Shown here piece after piece: positions 19,400 to 29,092 of a DNA stretch of 33,950 nucleotides (position 1 is the stretch's first letter; each line of letters starts with the position of its first letter). Position numbers and translations under genes: made by a program. Under the pieces are notes generated by a model. It saw only the letters and a list, made by a program, of their open reading frames with translations. It had not been told where the DNA came from and did no database searches. The stretch lies in sequence record DRR723986_10485. One strand, written 5' to 3'.

Positions 19400-20572
19400 A
19401 TGAGCGTTGAGAAGGCATCCGGCCCGTTGGCTGGCGTCAAAGTCGTGGACATGAGTTCGGTCGTCCTCGGGCCATTTGCGACCCTGATCTTCGGGGACCT
19501 TGGCGCAGATGTCGTGAAAATCGAAAGCGGGCAGGCCGGCAAGGGCGGCGACATGATGCGCTATGCTGGCAAGTCTCCGACAGGAGACCTCGGTCCGCTG
19601 TTCATGGCGCTCAACCGAAACAAGGCATCGATCCAGCTGGATGCCAAGACCAAAGAGGGCAAGGCGGCGCTGACGGCCCTGTTGAAGGATGCCGATGTCT
19701 TCTTCCACAATGTCCGCATGGCCGGTATGGGGCGGCTGGGTTTTGGCTATGAGGATGTGAAAGCGATCAAGCCGGACATCGTCTATGTCCACTGCGCAGG
19801 CTTTGGCGAAGGCGGGCCGTATGAGAAGCGCCAGGCTTATGACGATCTGATCCAGGGCGCCTCAGGCTTCGCGGCGCTGAACGCCATGCGCTCTGGCGGG
19901 GCGCCGGAATACGCGCCGTCCCTGGTGGCAGACAAGACAGTCGGCCTGTTCGCGGCCTATGCGACGCTCGCAGCGCTCTATCACCGGGAGAAGACGGGGC
20001 AGGGGCAGTTCGTGCAGGTTCCGATGCTGGAGGCCTTCACCTTCTTCAACATGGTCGAGAATCTCTATGGCGAGACCTTCGTGCCGCCGTCCTATGGCAT
20101 GGCCTATACGCGCTCCATCAATCCCAACCGTAAGCCTTACCCGACCAGGGACGGCTATATCGGACTTGTGCCTTACTCCGACGCGCAATGGGCGAAGTTC
20201 TTCGAGATTGGCGGCATGCCCGGCGTGTTCGAGGATCCGCGCTTTGCGACCTATCAGGCCCGGACGGAGAACGTCACAGAGCTTTACGCCCTGATCGAAC
20301 AGGTCGCCGCGACCAAGACAACCGGGGAATGGCTGGACCTGCTGGACGCGGCAAACATCCCGGCCATGCGCTACAACACGGTCGAAGACGTTCTGGACGA
20401 TCCGCACATGAAAGCGGTCGACTTCTTCGCAAAGCGCACCCATCCGGATGCCGGCACCTATCGCAGCATGCGCCATCCCGTGCGGTTCTCGGAAACGCCG
20501 GCCACGGTGCGAACAGAGCCGCGGCGCCTCGGTGAGGATACGGAGACCGTGCTGCAGAGCCTTGGGCTTTAG
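19400..20572 (+). CDS. family III CoA-transferase (CaiB/BaiF)
   Basis: GPLAGVKVVDMS..GP..GDLGADVVKIE, NRNK, GFGEGGPY..AYDDLIQG. Confidence 0.92.
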   Translation: MSVEKASGPLAGVKVVDMSSVVLGPFATLIFGDLGADVVKIESGQAGKGGDMMRYAGKSPTGDLGPLFMALNRNKASIQLDAKTKEGKAALTALLKDADVFFHNVRMAGMGRLGFGYEDVKAIKPDIVYVHCAGFGEGGPYEKRQAYDDLIQGASGFAALNAMRSGGAPEYAPSLVADKTVGLFAAYATLAALYHREKTGQGQFVQVPMLEAFTFFNMVENLYGETFVPPSYGMAYTRSINPNRKPYPTRDGYIGLVPYSDAQWAKFFEIGGMPGVFEDPRFATYQARTENVTELYALIEQVAATKTTGEWLDLLDAANIPAMRYNTVEDVLDDPHMKAVDFFAKRTHPDAGTYRSMRHPVRFSETPATVRTEPRRLGEDTETVLQSLGL

Positions 20573-20582
20573 GAAGTGGGTT

Positions 20583-21518
20583 CTAGGCGGTCTTGTCCCC
20601 GCCGCCGTGACGGGCAAGCCAGACGCCGGACAGGATCAGCGCGAAGGCGACCATGGCATGCCAGGTCTGGGTTTCACCGAACAGGAAGAAGCCGAGCACG
20701 GCGGCCATGACCGGGATGGAATAGCCGGTCAGCGACAGGAAGGTCGCTGAGGTCCGCGCGATCAGCAGCATGTAGAGTGCCTGCGCGATGGCGGAGGGCA
20801 CGATGCCGAGGCCGATCACGCCGGCCCAGTGGGTCCAGTCGGCATTGACTGTGGCCGGGTCCACCGTGAGGGCGAATGGCCAGGTCACAATGGCTGCGAC
20901 GGTCACAAAACCCGTTGCGAAGCTGATCGACGGCATGGGCGGCGCGCCGCGGGCCAGCAGGCTGGACAGGGCATAGAAGACAGTCGCCCCGATCAGCATG
21001 AGCTGGGCAATCGTGCTCGCCGAATCGAGGCTCTGCAGCGCATCCGGCCCGAACAGGACGGCGACACCGGCAAAGCCGGTGATGACGCCCAGCGCCGAGC
21101 CGAGGGTCAGGCGTTCGTCCCGGAACAGGACGTGTGCACCGATGGCCACGAAGAGGGGCACAGCGGCGGTATAAAGGGCCGCCAGACTTGAATTGACGGT
21201 TTTCTGGGCCGTCGTGATCAGGAAGAAGGGGAAGGTGGAACTGGTCAGGCCCATCAGCACGATGGTGCGCCAGCGTGGAATGTCCCGCAGCGGCGGCAGG
21301 CGCCGGCCCATGGCCAGCATGATGACCCAGAGCACGGCTGCGCCAATGGTCAGGCGTCCGGCAAGCACCCAGGCGGCTGGCAATCCGGCGTCAGGGTTTC
21401 CCTTGTCGACGGCGATGCGCGTCAACTGGTAGGCACCCGCCCACATCAGGCTGAGGAGCACGAACAAGGCCCAGTCGCTGGCCGTCCTCCTGCCGCTCTG
21501 AGCTGCCTGCTGCGTCAT
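20583..21518 (-). CDS. DMT/EamA family transporter
   Basis: About 10 hydrophobic segments in two EamA repeats (..LFRDERL.., ..FLFGE..); start chosen after GGAGG. Confidence 0.88.
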   Translation of the reverse strand: MTQQAAQSGRRTASDWALFVLLSLMWAGAYQLTRIAVDKGNPDAGLPAAWVLAGRLTIGAAVLWVIMLAMGRRLPPLRDIPRWRTIVLMGLTSSTFPFFLITTAQKTVNSSLAALYTAAVPLFVAIGAHVLFRDERLTLGSALGVITGFAGVAVLFGPDALQSLDSASTIAQLMLIGATVFYALSSLLARGAPPMPSISFATGFVTVAAIVTWPFALTVDPATVNADWTHWAGVIGLGIVPSAIAQALYMLLIARTSATFLSLTGYSIPVMAAVLGFFLFGETQTWHAMVAFALILSGVWLARHGGGDKTA

Positions 21519-21768
21519 CTGCCGACGGTCCTCCATCCGAGGAGGGACCCCGGGCTGGCCCGGATAGGCGGGCAGGGCGGGGAAGTCCACGCAAATATTG
21601 CACGAAACTTGCACACATCGGGGCACAATTGCCCTTGCTCACCGTGAGGTCCGATCACAGAAGCGTTGGCGGCGCCCTGCCGCATCGTCTTCGGGTGGAC
21701 GATTGGCCCGCGGCGTCGTAAAGGGCGCCCAAAGTTTCCGGTTTTCATCCCTCAAGAGGAGAATCTCT

Positions 21769-22776
21769 ATGACCGTTCGCGTTGCAATCAATGGTTTTGG
21801 CCGTATTGGCCGCCTGGTCCTGCGCTCCATCATCGAAAACGACCGCAAGGACATCGAAGTTGCCGCGATCAACGACCTTGGCCCGGTCGCAACCAATGCG
21901 CACCTTCTGCGCTTCGACTCCGTGCATGGCCGTTTCCCGGCGGACGTCCAGGTCGATGGCGACAAGATCGTCATCAATGGCAAGCCGATTCTCTGCACCG
22001 CGATCCGCGACCCGAAAGACCTGCCGCACCGCGAACTCGACATCGATATCGCGATGGAATGTACCGGCATCTTCGCCGACAAGGAAAAGGCTTCGGCCCA
22101 CCTTGAAGCCGGCGCCAAGCGCGTGCTCGTCTCGGCTCCAGCCACGAACGCCGACAAGACCATCGTGTTCGGCGTGAACCACGACCTGCTGACCAAGGAC
22201 GACCTCGTCGTCTCCAACGCATCGTGCACCACGAACTGCCTTTCGCCGGTCGCCAAGGTCCTGCATGACCTGGTCGGCATCGAGAAGGGCATGATGACGA
22301 CGATCCACTCCTACACGAACGACCAGCCGTCGCTCGACCAGATGCACAAGGACCTCTATCGCGGCCGCGCCGCTGCCGTGTCGATGATCCCGACCTCCAC
22401 CGGCGCCGCCAAGGCTGTCGGCCTGGTTCTGCCGGAACTGAACGGCAAGCTGGACGGCATCTCGGTCCGCGTGCCGACGCCGAACGTGTCCGTCGTCGAC
22501 CTGAAGTTCGTCTCCAAGAAGAAGACAACTCCGGAAGAGATCAATGCGGCGATCAAGGCGGCGGCTGACGGCCCGATGAAGGGCGTCCTCGGCTACACCG
22601 ACCAGCCGAACGTCTCGATCGACTTCGTGCACGATCCGCACTCCTCGATCTTCCACCTCGATCAGACCAAGGTGATGGACGGCAATTTCTGCTCGATCCT
22701 GACCTGGTACGATAACGAGTGGGGCTTCTCGACCCGTATGGCGGACACCGCGCTCGCCATGGCGAAACTCATCTAA
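21769..22776 (+). CDS. gap: type I glyceraldehyde-3-phosphate dehydrogenase
   Basis: INGFGRIGR, SNASCTTNCL, STGAAKAVG, RVPTPNVS, WYDNEWG; RBS GAGGAG. Confidence 0.97.
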   Translation: MTVRVAINGFGRIGRLVLRSIIENDRKDIEVAAINDLGPVATNAHLLRFDSVHGRFPADVQVDGDKIVINGKPILCTAIRDPKDLPHRELDIDIAMECTGIFADKEKASAHLEAGAKRVLVSAPATNADKTIVFGVNHDLLTKDDLVVSNASCTTNCLSPVAKVLHDLVGIEKGMMTTIHSYTNDQPSLDQMHKDLYRGRAAAVSMIPTSTGAAKAVGLVLPELNGKLDGISVRVPTPNVSVVDLKFVSKKKTTPEEINAAIKAAADGPMKGVLGYTDQPNVSIDFVHDPHSSIFHLDQTKVMDGNFCSILTWYDNEWGFSTRMADTALAMAKLI

Positions 22777-22798
22777 GCAAGGCAAAGGAGCCCTGTTC

Positions 22799-23431
22799 GT
22801 GTCGACGCCGGGTATTCCGAAGGATTTCTGGAACACTCGCTTCAGTGAACAGGGCTTTGCCTATGGGGAGCGGGCGAGCCGGCTGCTGCTGGCTTTCCGC
22901 GACCTGTTACAGCCAGGCCAGCGCGCGCTTGTCCCCGCTTGCGGGGAAGGGCGCGACGCCGTTTTCCTGGCCGAATGCGGGCTGGACGTGACGGCGGTGG
23001 ACATGTCTGCGGCCGGTCTCGCCAAGACCGCTGACCTCGCCGCCGCCCGCGGCGTCTCTGTCACCTGTATCGAAGCCGACCTCAGCGAATGGAGCTGGCC
23101 GAAAGCGGAATATGACGTGATCGCGTCCATGTTCCTGCACGTACCATCCCCGTTCCGGCCGACGCTGCACGCTTTCATGCTGGAATCGCTGAAGCCCGGC
23201 GGGCACGTCTTCCTGGAAGGTTTCCTTCCGGAACAGCTCGATTACCAGAAATCTCAAAATTCCGGCGGTCCGCCCGTGCTCGACATGTTGTTTGCGCCTG
23301 CCGACATCAGCCTCGATTTCAAGGACGCCGAAGCCGTGTCGTTCATGACCGGTATCGAAACCCTTTCCGAAGGCCCTTACCATTCCGGACCGGCGGCGCT
23401 GTTGCGCGCCGTGTTCCGCAAACCGGAGTAA
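22799..23431 (+). CDS. class I SAM-dependent methyltransferase
   Basis: FWNTRF; motif [25 protein letters not shown] start after AAGGAG. Confidence 0.85.
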   Translation: MSTPGIPKDFWNTRFSEQGFAYGERASRLLLAFRDLLQPGQRALVPACGEGRDAVFLAECGLDVTAVDMSAAGLAKTADLAAARGVSVTCIEADLSEWSWPKAEYDVIASMFLHVPSPFRPTLHAFMLESLKPGGHVFLEGFLPEQLDYQKSQNSGGPPVLDMLFAPADISLDFKDAEAVSFMTGIETLSEGPYHSGPAALLRAVFRKPE

Positions 23432-23436
23432 CACCC

Positions 23437-24636
23437 ATGTCCGACTTCCGCCGTATCGAAGATGCCGGAGACCTGACCGGCAAAACCGCCCTTGTCCGTG
23501 TCGATTTCAATGTTCCGATGGCGGATGGCAAGGTCACTGACGACACGCGCCTGCGCTCTGCGCTGCCGACGGTGGAAGCCCTGCGCGGGAAGGGGGCGAA
23601 GGTCGTCCTGCTGGCGCACTTCGGCCGCCCGAAAGGCCAGATCGTTCCGGAGATGAGCCTGAAGCCGATCGCGGCAGCCTTTGCCGACGTGCTGGGCGCA
23701 CCGGTTCATTTCGCTGAAAACTGCGGCTTCGGCCCGAAGGCGAAGGCCTTCGTCACCAGCCGTGCCCCGCGTGACGTGATCCTGATGGAGAACACACGCT
23801 TCGAGGCAGGCGAGGAAAAGAACGATCCGGCGCTGGCCGAATCCATTGCCGCCCTTGGCGACCTGTTCGTGAACGACGCTTTCTCGGCCGCGCACCGCGC
23901 CCATGCGTCCACGGAAGGCGTGACGCACTTCATTCCAGCCTATGCCGGCAAGGCGATGGAAACCGAACTTGACGCGCTGGAAAAAGCGCTCGGCACGCCG
24001 GAGCGCCCGGTGATGGCCGTTGTCGGCGGGGCGAAAGTCTCGACCAAGATCGACCTCCTCAAGAACCTTGTCTCCAAGGTGGACATGCTGGCCATCGGCG
24101 GCGGCATGGCAAACACGTTCCTGGCTGCCAAGGGTGTGGATGTCGGCAAGTCACTCTGCGAGCATGACCTGGCCGATACGGCGCTGACCATCATGAAGAA
24201 TGCCGAAGAGGCCGGGTGCGAGATCCTCCTGCCGCGCGACGTGGTCGTGGCGAAGGAATTCAAGGCGAATGCCGAGCACCGCGCCTGCCGGCCCGATGAG
24301 GTTGCCGCTGATGAGATGATCCTCGATGCTGGCATGATGACGGTCATGCATCTCGTTGCTGCCATGGGCCGGGCGAAGACGCTCGTGTGGAACGGGCCGC
24401 TCGGCGCGTTCGAACTTACACCGTTCGACAAGGCGACGGTCGATGCTGCCAAGGCTGCTGCGCTCCGGGCGAAGGAAGGCCAGCTGATCGCCGTCGCTGG
24501 CGGTGGTGACACCGTCGCCGCACTGAACCATGCCGGCGTGGCGGCGGACTTCACCTTCGTCTCCACGGCGGGCGGGGCCTTCCTGGAATGGATGGAAGGC
24601 AAGCCGCTGCCGGGCGTGGAAGCGCTGAAGGCCTGA
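23437..24636 (+). CDS. pgk: phosphoglycerate kinase
   Basis: [53 protein letters not shown]. Confidence 0.97.
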   Translation: MSDFRRIEDAGDLTGKTALVRVDFNVPMADGKVTDDTRLRSALPTVEALRGKGAKVVLLAHFGRPKGQIVPEMSLKPIAAAFADVLGAPVHFAENCGFGPKAKAFVTSRAPRDVILMENTRFEAGEEKNDPALAESIAALGDLFVNDAFSAAHRAHASTEGVTHFIPAYAGKAMETELDALEKALGTPERPVMAVVGGAKVSTKIDLLKNLVSKVDMLAIGGGMANTFLAAKGVDVGKSLCEHDLADTALTIMKNAEEAGCEILLPRDVVVAKEFKANAEHRACRPDEVAADEMILDAGMMTVMHLVAAMGRAKTLVWNGPLGAFELTPFDKATVDAAKAAALRAKEGQLIAVAGGGDTVAALNHAGVAADFTFVSTAGGAFLEWMEGKPLPGVEALKA

Positions 24637-24880
24637 TCCTTTCCGGCGAAATTTCGCATGGCGGTCCTCTTGAGGCTGAGGACGGCCTGCGGCAAATCGC
24701 GCAGGATTCGAACGGATCGGGTAGTTTTTGTGATTCCCAGCGCGCAACCGGAATCCAATTTTGGGTCAGCCCTGTCACCAGCAGGCACCCTATTTCTCGC
24801 CGTGAACTGGCATAAGGCGCGGAATCGAACGAATTTCACGGTAAACCGGCAGGAATTTTCCAGCGGTTGACGCGGCCAAC

Positions 24881-24896
24881 CGGCACGGTACTTGAA
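24881..24896 (+). promoter_or_regulatory. sigma54-like -24/-12 element
   Basis: CGGCACG-GTAC-TTGAA with exact GG-N10-GA spacing; the -12 C is replaced by A. Confidence 0.35.
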
Positions 24897-24955
24897 CCCA
24901 AACTTTGCAAAACGAGCACTGTTCACAGGATCCATTCAGAATGACGGTAGTTGAA

Positions 24956-25849
24956 ATGGCAAACGAGACCATGACGAAGCAGGCAGCAGAGAAGGCGGGC
25001 TTTATTGCCGCGCTGGACCAGTCTGGCGGTTCCACCCCGAAGGCGCTGCGCCTCTATGGCATCGAAGAAGACGCGTACTCGAACGACGAAGAGATGTTTG
25101 GCCTCATCCACGACATGCGGGCCCGCATCATCAAGTCTCCGGCGTTCAATGGCGACAAGGTAATGGGCGCGATCCTGTTCGAACGTACCATGGACGGCGA
25201 AATCGATGGCGTGCCGACCGCTGAATATCTCTGGAAAGCGCGCAGCGTTGTGCCGTTCCTGAAAGTCGACAAGGGCCTCGCCGAAGAAGAAAACGGCGTT
25301 CAGGTCATGAAGCCGATGCCTGACCTCGACGCCCTGCTGGAGCGTGCCGTCGCCAAGGGCATTTTCGGCACCAAGATGCGTTCGGTCATCAATGCCGCCA
25401 ATCAGGAAGGCATCGCCGCCGTCGTCGCGCAGCAATTCGATGTCGGCCGTCAGATCCTGGGCCATGGCCTGGTTCCGATCATCGAGCCGGAAGTCACGAT
25501 CTCCATCGCCGACAAGGCAGCAGCGGAAGACATGCTGCTCGCCGAAATCCTGAAACAGCTGGACGCCCTCGGCGCTGACAAGCAGATCATGCTGAAGCTG
25601 ACGCTGCCGGAGACGGCCAACCTCTACAAGCTGCTGGTCGACCATCCGCGGGTGATGCGCGTCGTCGCCCTGTCGGGCGGATATTCCCGCGACGAAGCGT
25701 GCCGCCGCCTGGCCGAAAACACAGGCATGATCGCCTCTTTCTCGCGCGCCCTGACCGAAGGCCTCTCGGCCCAGCAGAGCGACGCCGAGTTCGACGCGGC
25801 GCTTGCCGCATCCATCGACAGCATCTGCGCTGCCTCGATGGCCGGCTGA
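24956..25849 (+). CDS. fba: fructose-bisphosphate aldolase class I (bacterial Fda type)
   Basis: [55 protein letters not shown]; start could also be 24941 or 24971. Confidence 0.93.
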   Translation: MANETMTKQAAEKAGFIAALDQSGGSTPKALRLYGIEEDAYSNDEEMFGLIHDMRARIIKSPAFNGDKVMGAILFERTMDGEIDGVPTAEYLWKARSVVPFLKVDKGLAEEENGVQVMKPMPDLDALLERAVAKGIFGTKMRSVINAANQEGIAAVVAQQFDVGRQILGHGLVPIIEPEVTISIADKAAAEDMLLAEILKQLDALGADKQIMLKLTLPETANLYKLLVDHPRVMRVVALSGGYSRDEACRRLAENTGMIASFSRALTEGLSAQQSDAEFDAALAASIDSICAASMAG

Positions 25850-25862
25850 TAACGGGTCCGGA

Positions 25863-25885
25863 CAGAGGCGGGTTTCCTGCCTCTG
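25863..25885 (+). terminator. hairpin just after fba stop
   Basis: CAGAGGCGGG-TTT-CCTGCCTCTG stem-loop with a weak U tract. Confidence 0.45.
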
Positions 25886-25912
25886 GACTTCCTGGTCAAC
25901 GCAACGCCATAT

Positions 25913-25940
25913 TGCCCGCCATTCCGATGGCGGGCATTTT
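25913..25940 (+). terminator. intrinsic terminator-like hairpin
   Basis: TGCCCGCCAT-TCCG-ATGGCGGGCA-TTTT, perfect 10-bp stem. Confidence 0.65.
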
Positions 25941-25971
25941 CGTTCGCGTATCTCAGACCAAAGGGGAAATC

Positions 25972-28053
25972 ATGCCGTTTAAGCCTGGCCTGCTCGCTGC
26001 CGTATCCGTTACCGGACTCCTGTTTCTCTCAGGGTGCGGCGCGCCGACCGAAGTGCCCGCCAATCCGGACCGCAGCGCCCTGTCTGACCAAGGCCTGGCC
26101 ATGCTGGACGAACTGGTGCTGGCACCAGACTCCGCGGAGGCCTTCATGGCGCGTTGCGATGCCGCCCTCGCGCAGGTCGAGAAAATGCTGACGGACCTCG
26201 AGACCCGGGACGGACCCGCCGGGGCAGGGGACCTGAAAGACTATGATGCCCTGCTGAACGTCGCTTTTGCGATCGGTTATGGCGAGGCGTCGATCATTGC
26301 CGAGGCCAATCCGGATCCGGCGATCCGGGAAACAGGCGACACCTGCCAGCAGAAAACATCCGACATGACGACCCGGATTTCGCTGTCCCGACCGGTCTAT
26401 GACCGGCTCTCCACAATCGATGCCACGAAGCTGGACGACCGGTCCGCCTATCTGCTCGACCGGACGCTGGGTGAATACCGCCGTGCCGGGATCGACAAGG
26501 ATGAACCGACCCGGGAGAAGGTGCGCAGCCTCAACGCCGAACTCGCCGAACTGTCGACCGAGTTCAACAAGAACCTCCGCGAGATCCAGGGCAGCGTGAA
26601 GGTGACGCCAGAAGACCTTGTCGGTTTGCCGGAAGACTACATCAGCGCTCACCCGCCAGGCGATGATGGCTTGGTCACGATCACGACGGACTATCCCGAC
26701 CTCTTCCCCGTTTTTACATATTCGCCGAATGAAGATCTGCGCAAAGCGATCGCTTCTGAAGCGCAGAACCGGGCCTATCCGGAAAACGTAGCAGCGCTGC
26801 GCGGTATCCTTGAAAAGCGCTATGAACTGGCCACCACGCTCGGCTATGACAATTGGGCGTCCCTGATCACCGAAGACAAGATGACCGGCTCGCCTGAGGT
26901 TGCGAGCGACTTCCTGGAAGCGGTGGAAGGCGCTGCCCGCAACGCCGCCGAGCTGGAATATGACCGGCTGCTGGCAAAGCAGCAGGAACTGGCCCCGGAC
27001 GCGGCCAATGTGAACGACTGGAGCCGGAGCTATCTGGCAGAGCTGATCCGTCAATCCGACTATGAGCTCGACTCACAGGAAGTGCGGAAATACTTCGCCT
27101 TCAATGATGTGCGTGACGGCATTTTTGCGCTGGTGCAGGATCTTTTCGACGTCGAGATCAAGCCCTGGGACGGCGCGCCGGTCTGGCAGGAGAGCGTCAG
27201 CGCCCACGAAATGTACCAGGATGGAAAGCTGATCGGCCGTTTTTTCCTCGACATGCATCCGCGCGATGGCAAGTTCAAGCACGCCGCGGCGTTCCCGATC
27301 CGCTTTGGTCCGACCTCGGATGGTGTGCCGGTGGCTGCGCTGATGTGTAACTTCCCGGCCGGTGATCACACGACCGGATTGATGGAGCATGGGCAGGTTG
27401 AGACTTTCCTGCATGAGTTCGGCCACCTGATCCACGACATGTTCTCCGGCCAGCCGGACTATGCGAACCTGTCGATGGCCAATCTGGAATGGGACTTCAT
27501 CGAGGCGCCATCGCAGATGCTGGAGAACTGGGTCTGGGACTATGACACGCTGGCCAAGTTCGCGAAGGACGCGGACGGCAATGTGATTCCGCCGGAACTG
27601 GTGGAAAAGATGGTTGCCGCGCGCGACTTTGGCATCGGCGTCGGCACGCTGCGCCAGTTGCTCTACGCCAATGTCTCGCTCGACTATTACAATCGTCCGC
27701 CTTCGGAGGTCGATTTCGATGAAATCTGGAACGAGAACCAGTCGAAGCTGAGCCCTTTCGAAACGCTGCCGGAGGCTCACCCCTATGCCAGCTTCGGGCA
27801 TCTCGATGGCTATTCGGCGATCTACTACACCTATCAGTGGTCGCTCGCCATTTCGACGGACCTGTTCTCGGAGTTCGAGGCAAACGGTCTGCGGGATGGA
27901 GCGACGGCCAAGCGTTATCGAGATCTTGTCCTCGCGCCGGGTTCGTCCAAGCCGGCCGATGAGCTGGTGCATGACTTCCTCGGCCGCGACTGGTCGCCGG
28001 AAGCCTATGAAGCCTACCTGCTGAACGCCGCAGAAGCCGAAACGGACGAATAG
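25972..28053 (+). CDS. M3A family metallo-oligopeptidase (thimet-like), predicted lipoprotein
   Basis: Lipobox LSGC; FFLDMHPRDGKFKHAA; HEFGH; DFIEAPSQMLENW; FGHLDGYSAIYYTYQWS. Confidence 0.92.
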   Translation: MPFKPGLLAAVSVTGLLFLSGCGAPTEVPANPDRSALSDQGLAMLDELVLAPDSAEAFMARCDAALAQVEKMLTDLETRDGPAGAGDLKDYDALLNVAFAIGYGEASIIAEANPDPAIRETGDTCQQKTSDMTTRISLSRPVYDRLSTIDATKLDDRSAYLLDRTLGEYRRAGIDKDEPTREKVRSLNAELAELSTEFNKNLREIQGSVKVTPEDLVGLPEDYISAHPPGDDGLVTITTDYPDLFPVFTYSPNEDLRKAIASEAQNRAYPENVAALRGILEKRYELATTLGYDNWASLITEDKMTGSPEVASDFLEAVEGAARNAAELEYDRLLAKQQELAPDAANVNDWSRSYLAELIRQSDYELDSQEVRKYFAFNDVRDGIFALVQDLFDVEIKPWDGAPVWQESVSAHEMYQDGKLIGRFFLDMHPRDGKFKHAAAFPIRFGPTSDGVPVAALMCNFPAGDHTTGLMEHGQVETFLHEFGHLIHDMFSGQPDYANLSMANLEWDFIEAPSQMLENWVWDYDTLAKFAKDADGNVIPPELVEKMVAARDFGIGVGTLRQLLYANVSLDYYNRPPSEVDFDEIWNENQSKLSPFETLPEAHPYASFGHLDGYSAIYYTYQWSLAISTDLFSEFEANGLRDGATAKRYRDLVLAPGSSKPADELVHDFLGRDWSPEAYEAYLLNAAEAETDE

Positions 28054-28061
28054 GGGCCGGG

Positions 28062-28283
28062 ATGAAGTGGCAGGTCGTCTATTCCGGTATTCTGTCGGCC
28101 GGGATGAGCGGCCTGGTCGCCCTGATCGTGACGGCCATCAATACCGATATCGATGCGGGCCTGGCGGCGCGGTGGCTGAGTGCATGGGCACTCGCTTTCC
28201 CGGCTGCCTGGTTCGCCGCGATATTCTGGGGCCCGTTCGCCCGCCGGATCGCCCGCTTGTTCGTCCGGCCGCCGGTGGAATGA
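28062..28283 (+). CDS. small two-TM membrane protein (DUF2798-like)
   Basis: LSAGMSGLVALIVT..RWLSAWALAFPAA..P.ARR pattern; starts 8 nt after M3 stop. Confidence 0.7.
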   Translation: MKWQVVYSGILSAGMSGLVALIVTAINTDIDAGLAARWLSAWALAFPAAWFAAIFWGPFARRIARLFVRPPVE

Positions 28284-28338
28284 GCCATGCCGCAGCGGGC
28301 CGCTTGCCGCCAGCCTGGAACCGTCGCATTTAGGCGCC

Positions 28339-29010
28339 ATGTCGGAACCTGAATACACCCGCCCGCGCACACGCCTCTACCTGATCACGCCGCCGCGTAT
28401 CGATGATGTCGACGCGTTTGCTGCGCTGCTGGAAACAGCTTTTTCAGCCGGGGACATCGCTTGCCTCCAGCTGCGCCTGAAGCAGGCGGATGGCAGCATT
28501 GATGACGCGGCCACGCGGGGCGTGAGCGCTGCAGTGACCGAGATGGCGCAGGCCTATGGGGCCGCTGTCCTGATCAATGACAGTCCGCAGCTGGCTGTCG
28601 AGCTTGGCGCCGATGGCGTGCATGTCGGCTGGGATGATGTTCCGGTAAAAGAAGCCCGTGCGATTGTCGGCAAGGACATGATTGTCGGGGCGACGGCGAA
28701 GAACTCGCGCCACATCGCCATGCAGGCAGGGGAGGCGGGCGCCGACTATGTTGCCTTTGGTGCGTTCTACCCGACCGGGACCAAGACCGGCACGGTTCCG
28801 GCCACCCCTGAATTGCTGGAGATCTGGCAGGAGAGTATGGAAATCCCCTGCGTCGCGATTGGCGGCATTACGGTGGAGAATGCCGCGCCGCTGGTTACGG
28901 CCGGTGCCGATTTCATCGCTGTCTCGGCCGGTGTGTGGGACCATCCTGACGGCGCGCCAGCGGCCGTGGCAGCCTTCAATGCCCTCTTCGATTCCCTGGC
29001 AGCGGATTAA
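28339..29010 (+). CDS. thiE: thiamine-phosphate synthase
   Basis: RLYLITP, QLRLK, LIND, ADGVHVG, GADYVAFG..PTGTK, PCVAIGGIT. Confidence 0.93.
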   Translation: MSEPEYTRPRTRLYLITPPRIDDVDAFAALLETAFSAGDIACLQLRLKQADGSIDDAATRGVSAAVTEMAQAYGAAVLINDSPQLAVELGADGVHVGWDDVPVKEARAIVGKDMIVGATAKNSRHIAMQAGEAGADYVAFGAFYPTGTKTGTVPATPELLEIWQESMEIPCVAIGGITVENAAPLVTAGADFIAVSAGVWDHPDGAPAAVAAFNALFDSLAAD

Positions 29011-29022
29011 CACTCCGGCGCC

Positions 29023-29051
29023 TTGACCCTTCGGCGACAAAGGCTTACGCC
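29023..29051 (+). promoter_or_regulatory. putative sigma70 promoter of suhB
   Basis: TTGACC(29023-28)-N17-TACGCC(29046-51). Confidence 0.5.
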
Positions 29052-29092
29052 GCCCGCTCTTCCGCAAGAATTGCGACCGGACGCTGTTTCAC

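Noticed and set aside
21598..21613. TTGCACGAAACTTGCA as a sigma54 promoter for gap
   Set aside because: Lacks the invariant GG at -24; the nearby dyad GGGCA-CAAT-TGCCC is too short to call
25699..25971. N-terminal extensions in the ORF track (M3 peptidase, gap, thiE, selO, EamA, desaturase, 8305 ORF)
   Set aside because: They overlap neighbours, promoters or terminators; downstream starts fit SD, signal peptide or family N-termini better
28284..28338. TPP riboswitch upstream of thiE
   Set aside because: Only 55 nt of spacer and no CTGAGA / CCTGA-type core
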